This document shows positions 59,098 through 64,000 of a stretch of DNA of 64,000 nucleotides, piece after piece. The notes beneath the pieces were generated by a model. That model was not told the origin of the DNA and did no database searches. It saw only the letters and a program-made list of their open reading frames with translations. This stretch comes from Fistulifera solaris (lineage: Eukaryota), in contig AP026149.1 of the NCBI GenBank assembly GCA_030295235.1, positions 434,001-498,000 on the forward strand. Direction: 5' to 3'. The stretch's first letter is position 1. Each line of letters opens with the position of its first letter. A program made the translations under genes and the position numbers.

Positions 59098-60377
59098 TGT
59101 TAACACACCAATGGAGGCATCACCATGGTGATTTTCATGGCAATACAAACCATTCAATATGAATAAATGCAAGTAAACATGACCTTAAAACCTTTTTTTT
59201 AGTACTTGTGCCCGGTTTTGTCCACTGGCGCGGTCTTTCTCTCTCGTTTTGACCGAAAGATGAAGCACAACACGGACGACAACGACCACGCCCGGATGCA
59301 GGTGTTTGTTGCTGTCCTCCATGCAAGCAATATATCCTGTCGTGACAAAATTCCTCATTAAAAAGTCGGCTCCGCCTATAGACACCCCTCCTATTGATTG
59401 TCGCTTCTCTCCCTCGCAATTACACGGACCTATGTAAGCCTCTATGGAAACCTTTCGTCAGCAATGCAATTCTTTGGAGGGCGAACGTTGATTGTTTTGG
59501 TGTTTGAAAAGCCTAGCGATTTCAACTTAAATACCCCCAATAAGAGCGATTTCTTCCACAATAAAGCATCTGATAGTTCAACTTGCCGAGACTGGGGCCT
59601 TTTTCGTGGCGAAGCATTAAAAGTCCATCGTCATTGGTTGTGCCGTCGTCATCGTTTTTTTGAATAGAGTTTTGCGGCACTAAACACTCCTTAATATCCC
59701 CAAAACCTGTTCACGCTGCTGATTGCTGCATTGTTACTTTTTGAGCCCTCGGAAGGCTGTTGGAAAAGGCAGAGAAGGCGTCTCGCGAAGCAAACTCTCT
59801 TTGCCCTCGCGATCGTCATTGCTCACCGTCGTTCACCGATAAACACCAGCGTTCGCTCTGTTCTTTTCGCAAAATACTTCCAAACAACCCTCAAGGAACG
59901 CCTCCAGTATCCCTTTGCTTCAATTGATAATCGTTATAATCCTTTGTTGTTGCTCCGTCTTAATTTTATGCATCCTTCAGTTGATTGTGTCATGGTCGAT
60001 CGAGTTCGTTGAGTTTCCGCGTGTCCTTGTTCCTCTACGTGGATGATTCACGTAGAAAGTCAGTAGGAAATGATTTACACGGGGGAATCGCGTAAGGGGT
60101 TTGGGCCAATTATCGCCCCCCGGAGGTAGTAGCAAGCACGCATGCAGGCCAGCCTGTCATTCCCGGACTTTTTACTAATACTAAAGTTTTCAACAGCGCG
60201 CAAGCCGGGTTCTTTCATACAACATCAAGCCGCCATTCGATCGCATCGAAATATCGTGGTAAGGGCGATGATGTCGAAGTATTGCTATTGAAGATTACAT
60301 TTCAATCTTTGTCGAAATAAACATAAAAAGAACGACAAACAACACTGGCAGTCGCGTAAGCATCGCTTAAAGGCATC

Positions 60378-62868
60378 ATGAGCTCTCCTACGCGACATTC
60401 GTCCCCCCTCAAAGAAAGTTAGTGTCAACCAGAAGGACGACGACCTGTTCCTCTGGAGGGAGGATGGTACGTCAGAACCAATTCCTCGTATCCGATCCAA
60501 AGGAATTCCTCCAAAGTCATTTCACGGGAATCGCCGTCAAAGACCTGGCGATGAATCGGTTCGCAGTCTGCACAACTCCGTCCAACAGTCACTACTCAAG
60601 GAAGAAAAAACGAAAAGTTGTTCAACACAACGAAATAAAACGATCTGCCTTCAAACAATTGACTTCGTTACGGACGTGGCCGCTTCAGAGTCGTGCTTTT
60701 CAACATTGGCGTGAACTGATGGACGAATACATGCACGACGGCGGAAAATGGCGGGCTGGAGTGAATGACGGAAATCCCGATAGCCAGGAGTCCGATACTT
60801 CCGACAAGTCTGGGGGTTCTTTGTCGACTGCTTCGTCGGGAATCTCGGTACAAGATCCAAAGCGGGTATTGCGCGATACCAAGCAGAGTCCGGCGAAAAG
60901 CAAGCTGAAAAATCAATATCGCAGCGAATTTGAATCGGAACGAAATCTCTGTGCTCCGCTTCTTCTCAATCATGACTTTGGATCGCCGCTCTGGTCCATG
61001 GAACCACGGATTTTCTCCAGTGAAAAGTCGGATACTGGAAAACGAAAATATATGGTGGGGCATCTGGGACGATTCATGGACTATTACTGGTGTAAGGTGG
61101 ACCCTCAGCATCGCTTTTACTACGAACTGATTCCTGAGAATACGCCTTGTCGATTGTATCTGGATTTGGAATTTTCGAAAACTGCAAACCCTGGGATATC
61201 GAATGATAATGCGGAAGTGTTGTTAGATGAACTTTTTATGGAGGTGAAGTTTGAATTGGAGGATCAACTCGGTATACAGAATTTCGAGCGCACCCACGTG
61301 GTGGACCTCGAATCGAGCACTGACACAAAGTTTTCACGCCATTGGATTGTTCATTTACCGGATCAACAACTCTTTGCACATACCGCCGCAGTGGGTCATT
61401 TCATGCAACAATTCATATCTCGGCTTGCGAACGACCAAGCAACTAATATGCTCAAAGAAAGAGGACGTCATTTGTTGCAAAAGTACTTTCTGGTTGATGC
61501 CGCGCCCTCGAAAACACAAAAGCAGGAAGCGGAACCGAAGAAGACGTGCTTCATTGACGCTGGGGTGTACACAAAAAACCGCTTATTCCGTATCTTGGGT
61601 TCACAGAAATTCGGAAAACCGCCATCCGCAGCGCTGCGCATCGCCGACAGAAACGAATTTTGCTTCCCAAACGGATTTTCGAATAAGCTTTTTTACCTAC
61701 CCGATATGCAGCGCAAGTCAGATGAGCAACGGAATGAAACCATTGACGAGTCCCAGGACAATCTAGATGAAATTGAAAATGCTGTGGAAGAATTTAAAAC
61801 ATCTACTGATTGGAAAAGCCACGCAGAAGCTTTGGCACAAACACTTGTAGTCCCTCTCAACTGGGCAAAAGTTGCATATCCTGTTTTACCGTTCGATCGA
61901 AATGTACTGAGAGATATCGGCAGGGGAGAGACGAAAATTTCGGGTCAAAATCGCGGAATGCCGTCCTCAATGAGCCTGTCAGTGGGAAAGTCCCCTATCC
62001 TCTTATAGACACCTTTGTGGAAAATCATCTTGGTGCCAGAGGTGGGATTCAGGGATATATTCGGACCTGGTCTGTAGCTGAGGCCCCTTCTAGAAGCAAC
62101 GGGAACGGCACAAGTGCACCCGCTTTCATAACCTACCAGATGAGTCGCAACCGTTGGTGTGAATGCATCGGACGCGCTCATCGAAGCAACAATATTCAGT
62201 GGACAGTAGATCTACGCTTATGGCACTGCATCCAGTCATGTCATGACCCAGACTGTCGAATGCTTGGCTTTCGAGGTACGCCAGTTCCACTCCCACAGGA
62301 TATTCGGGATCAGGTGGAAGATCAAATTTTCGAAGAACAACTTGCCCGAGTGGACGAAGACACTCTGATAGATCAGGCCAGATCGATGACAAAAGAGCTC
62401 ACTCCTAGTCAATCACTCCAAACTGCATTGTCTTCCTTAACCATCAATGGCGAGGCAGAAGAAAAAGCGAACGATCACAATTTCCTACCTTATTATGAGA
62501 AATCTGGAGAGGATTCATTCGAGCAGCAGCTACTGAACTTAGACACAGCCGGTGGTGACCTCGTATCAAAAGCAGAGGAAACCTCACTCCTTGCATGCGA
62601 CGGGCTCTCTGAAGAGGAATCGTTTGAGGCGCAGCTTCTGCGTTTAGAGGAAACTGTCACATCGACCCTGAAGAAAGCCTCATTGAAACCAGAAGACGTT
62701 GCCGTGTTACACCCACAAGAAGCGGAAGTGTCAAATGAAAAGATTAATACAATTGTTACCTCCAAATCAAAGACAGTCGAAGAGCACAAACCATTAAACG
62801 AACCCTACAGCGAAAGCAGTGACGATGACAATGATTTTGATCTTCTTGCATTTGTGAAAGAGAAATAA
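60378..62868 (+). CDS. PRIMPOL: DNA primase-polymerase PrimPol; ~3 homopolymer frameshifts
   Basis: YYELI, CRLYLDLEF (DxE), KFSRH, IDAGVYTKNRLFRI, zinc finger RWCECIGRAHRSNN...CHDPDC; frames switch at runs near 60405, 60608 and 61993. Confidence 0.93.
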
Positions 62869-62906
62869 GATATTTTTATAATATGATTACTTTCTTTTAG
62901 TTATGA

Positions 62907-64000
62907 CTATTGTTTGTTTGTGAAGAAGTTGTCCTTAAAACTAAACAGAGCTTTCAAGCCTCTATCTAGAGCAGACTTAACTTCTTCCGTGGTCAAATTG
63001 ATATTGTTACTTTCAATGATTTTTCTCATGACGAAGCGCTTACATCGTTTCTGCTGCAACCAGAGGCCGGTTGTATCGTATCTTCGCCCTGTCTTATCTT
63101 CAAACAAAATTTCGTATCCTCGTTTGCGGTAGAATTCCAAAGCAAGTTCGTTGTCGTCTTCCACTTCCAAAGTGATTTCATTCTTGTTCCACCGCGCTTG
63201 TACTTCTTCTTCACATCGTTGCGCTAAAGCAGAACCGACACCGGATCGCCGTGCAGAGTATTTGACTGACAAGTTGGTCAAGAATGGTCTCACCGGTGAC
63301 TGACTTTTCGCATCTGCGGTATCCTCTTGTTTTTGTAAGAAGGAAAGCAGATTCGCTGATTGACTTTTCTCTTTATAACTTTCATAGGGTCCCAAGCCGT
63401 AAGGTTTCTGCGTTACTTCCACAAACCCCACCACTTCCCCCCCGCACATAGTCATCTTGCGGATTGCCGATAAAGTTGTAAACATGATCGAAATCGAGCA
63501 ACAACGGTGCATTGTATTCAACATCTTTCGCCGGAACAATCGTTCGTGCCACTAGCATAAAGTTATTTTCCGCTTGCTGCTTCCTTCGTTGTTCCAAATC
63601 ACCCTGTTGCAAGGTTCTCAAGTACGCCAATTGGTATTCTTTCCACGGTGCCGTATTATCTTTCCGGCCTCCATCATTGAAGAAAGCATCGATGCACATG
63701 TCTGAAATTTCTCGATACACACGCGGATGTGGTTTGCTGGGAAGTGCTTCTATGACAAAGGGAATTCGGCCCGATCGTTGTTCCTCCAACGAAAATCCCG
63801 TTGATTTCGTCGCAATCGCGTCCAGAGACGACGAACGGCGGGGTGTTGTGGAGGCAAGTGACACTCTAAAAGCATCGACTTTGTAAGACAAAGAGAGAGT
63901 AACCAGCAGGAGTGAACACAGAGACAGTGTTACACAATGCCGCTTTCGTCTTCGACGGAAATTGAGAAGTGAAGAACGAAGGTCCTGATTATTTACACTT
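62907..64000 (-). CDS. GNAT acetyltransferase with plastid-type N-terminus; start beyond the window; frameshift at the G run near 63440
   Basis: DDYVR-GEVVGFVEV, PFLTNLSVKYSARRSGVG, LEVEDDNELALEFYRKRGY; signal peptide ending VDAF; frame open to the window edge. Confidence 0.85.

Larger units (their letters stand above)
53598..60129. mobile_element. Non-autonomous Tc1/mariner-like TIR element (~1.14 kb when empty), split by the copia insertion
   Basis: 28-bp TIRs CTACCTCCGGGGGGCGATAAT(G/T)GGCCCA at 53598-53625 and 60102-60129 with one mismatch, each flanked by TA; degenerate sub-terminal inverted similarity for a further ~60 bp. Confidence 0.85.

Noticed and set aside
59104..60030. Transposase inside the TIR element
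   Set aside because: Only short ORFs; no DDE/D or HTH motif recognised
5740..63450. Programmed ribosomal frameshifting or a pseudogene-rich region
   Set aside because: Shifts go in both directions, sit at generic homopolymers, affect housekeeping genes and also distinguish the two LTRs; sequencing error is simpler
1..64000. tRNA/rRNA genes and the many antisense ORFs in the track
   Set aside because: No cloverleaf or rRNA signature seen by eye; antisense ORFs shadow well-supported genes

Overview
Gene-dense eukaryotic nuclear DNA (about one gene per 1.5-2 kb, short 60-80 nt GT-AG introns, several signal-peptide plus 'AF'-type plastid-targeting N-termini). I infer a raphid pennate diatom; the RNI-like tandem family recalls Fistulifera, but this is unverified. 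About 33 protein genes are visible, including TenA, an AAAP amino-acid transporter, a ModF-like ABC ATPase, DnaJ, a Patched-type sterol-sensing RND protein, GNATs, CPI1, an MpaB-like oxygenase, ABC1 kinase, PIG-S-like, YaaA, PUS7, ARL2, an F-box gene and PrimPol. Many genes are broken by 1-nt indels that almost all sit in homopolymer runs, which points to assembly error rather than pseudogenisation. The main accessory region (53.6-60.1 kb) is a nested transposon: a very young full-length Ty1/copia element inside a ~1.1 kb non-autonomous Tc1/mariner-like element. The copia element has no canonical TGG primer-binding site; a perfect 16-bp palindrome spans the LTR edge instead. Other notable items are a 50-bp double-hairpin minisatellite, two recurrent intergenic motifs (TACCWGGTA, GAGTCAYGA), a three-copy tandem gene array in graded decay, and small local duplications. 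No rRNA, tRNA or CRISPR array was recognised. All family calls are from motif recognition by eye; no database search was run.
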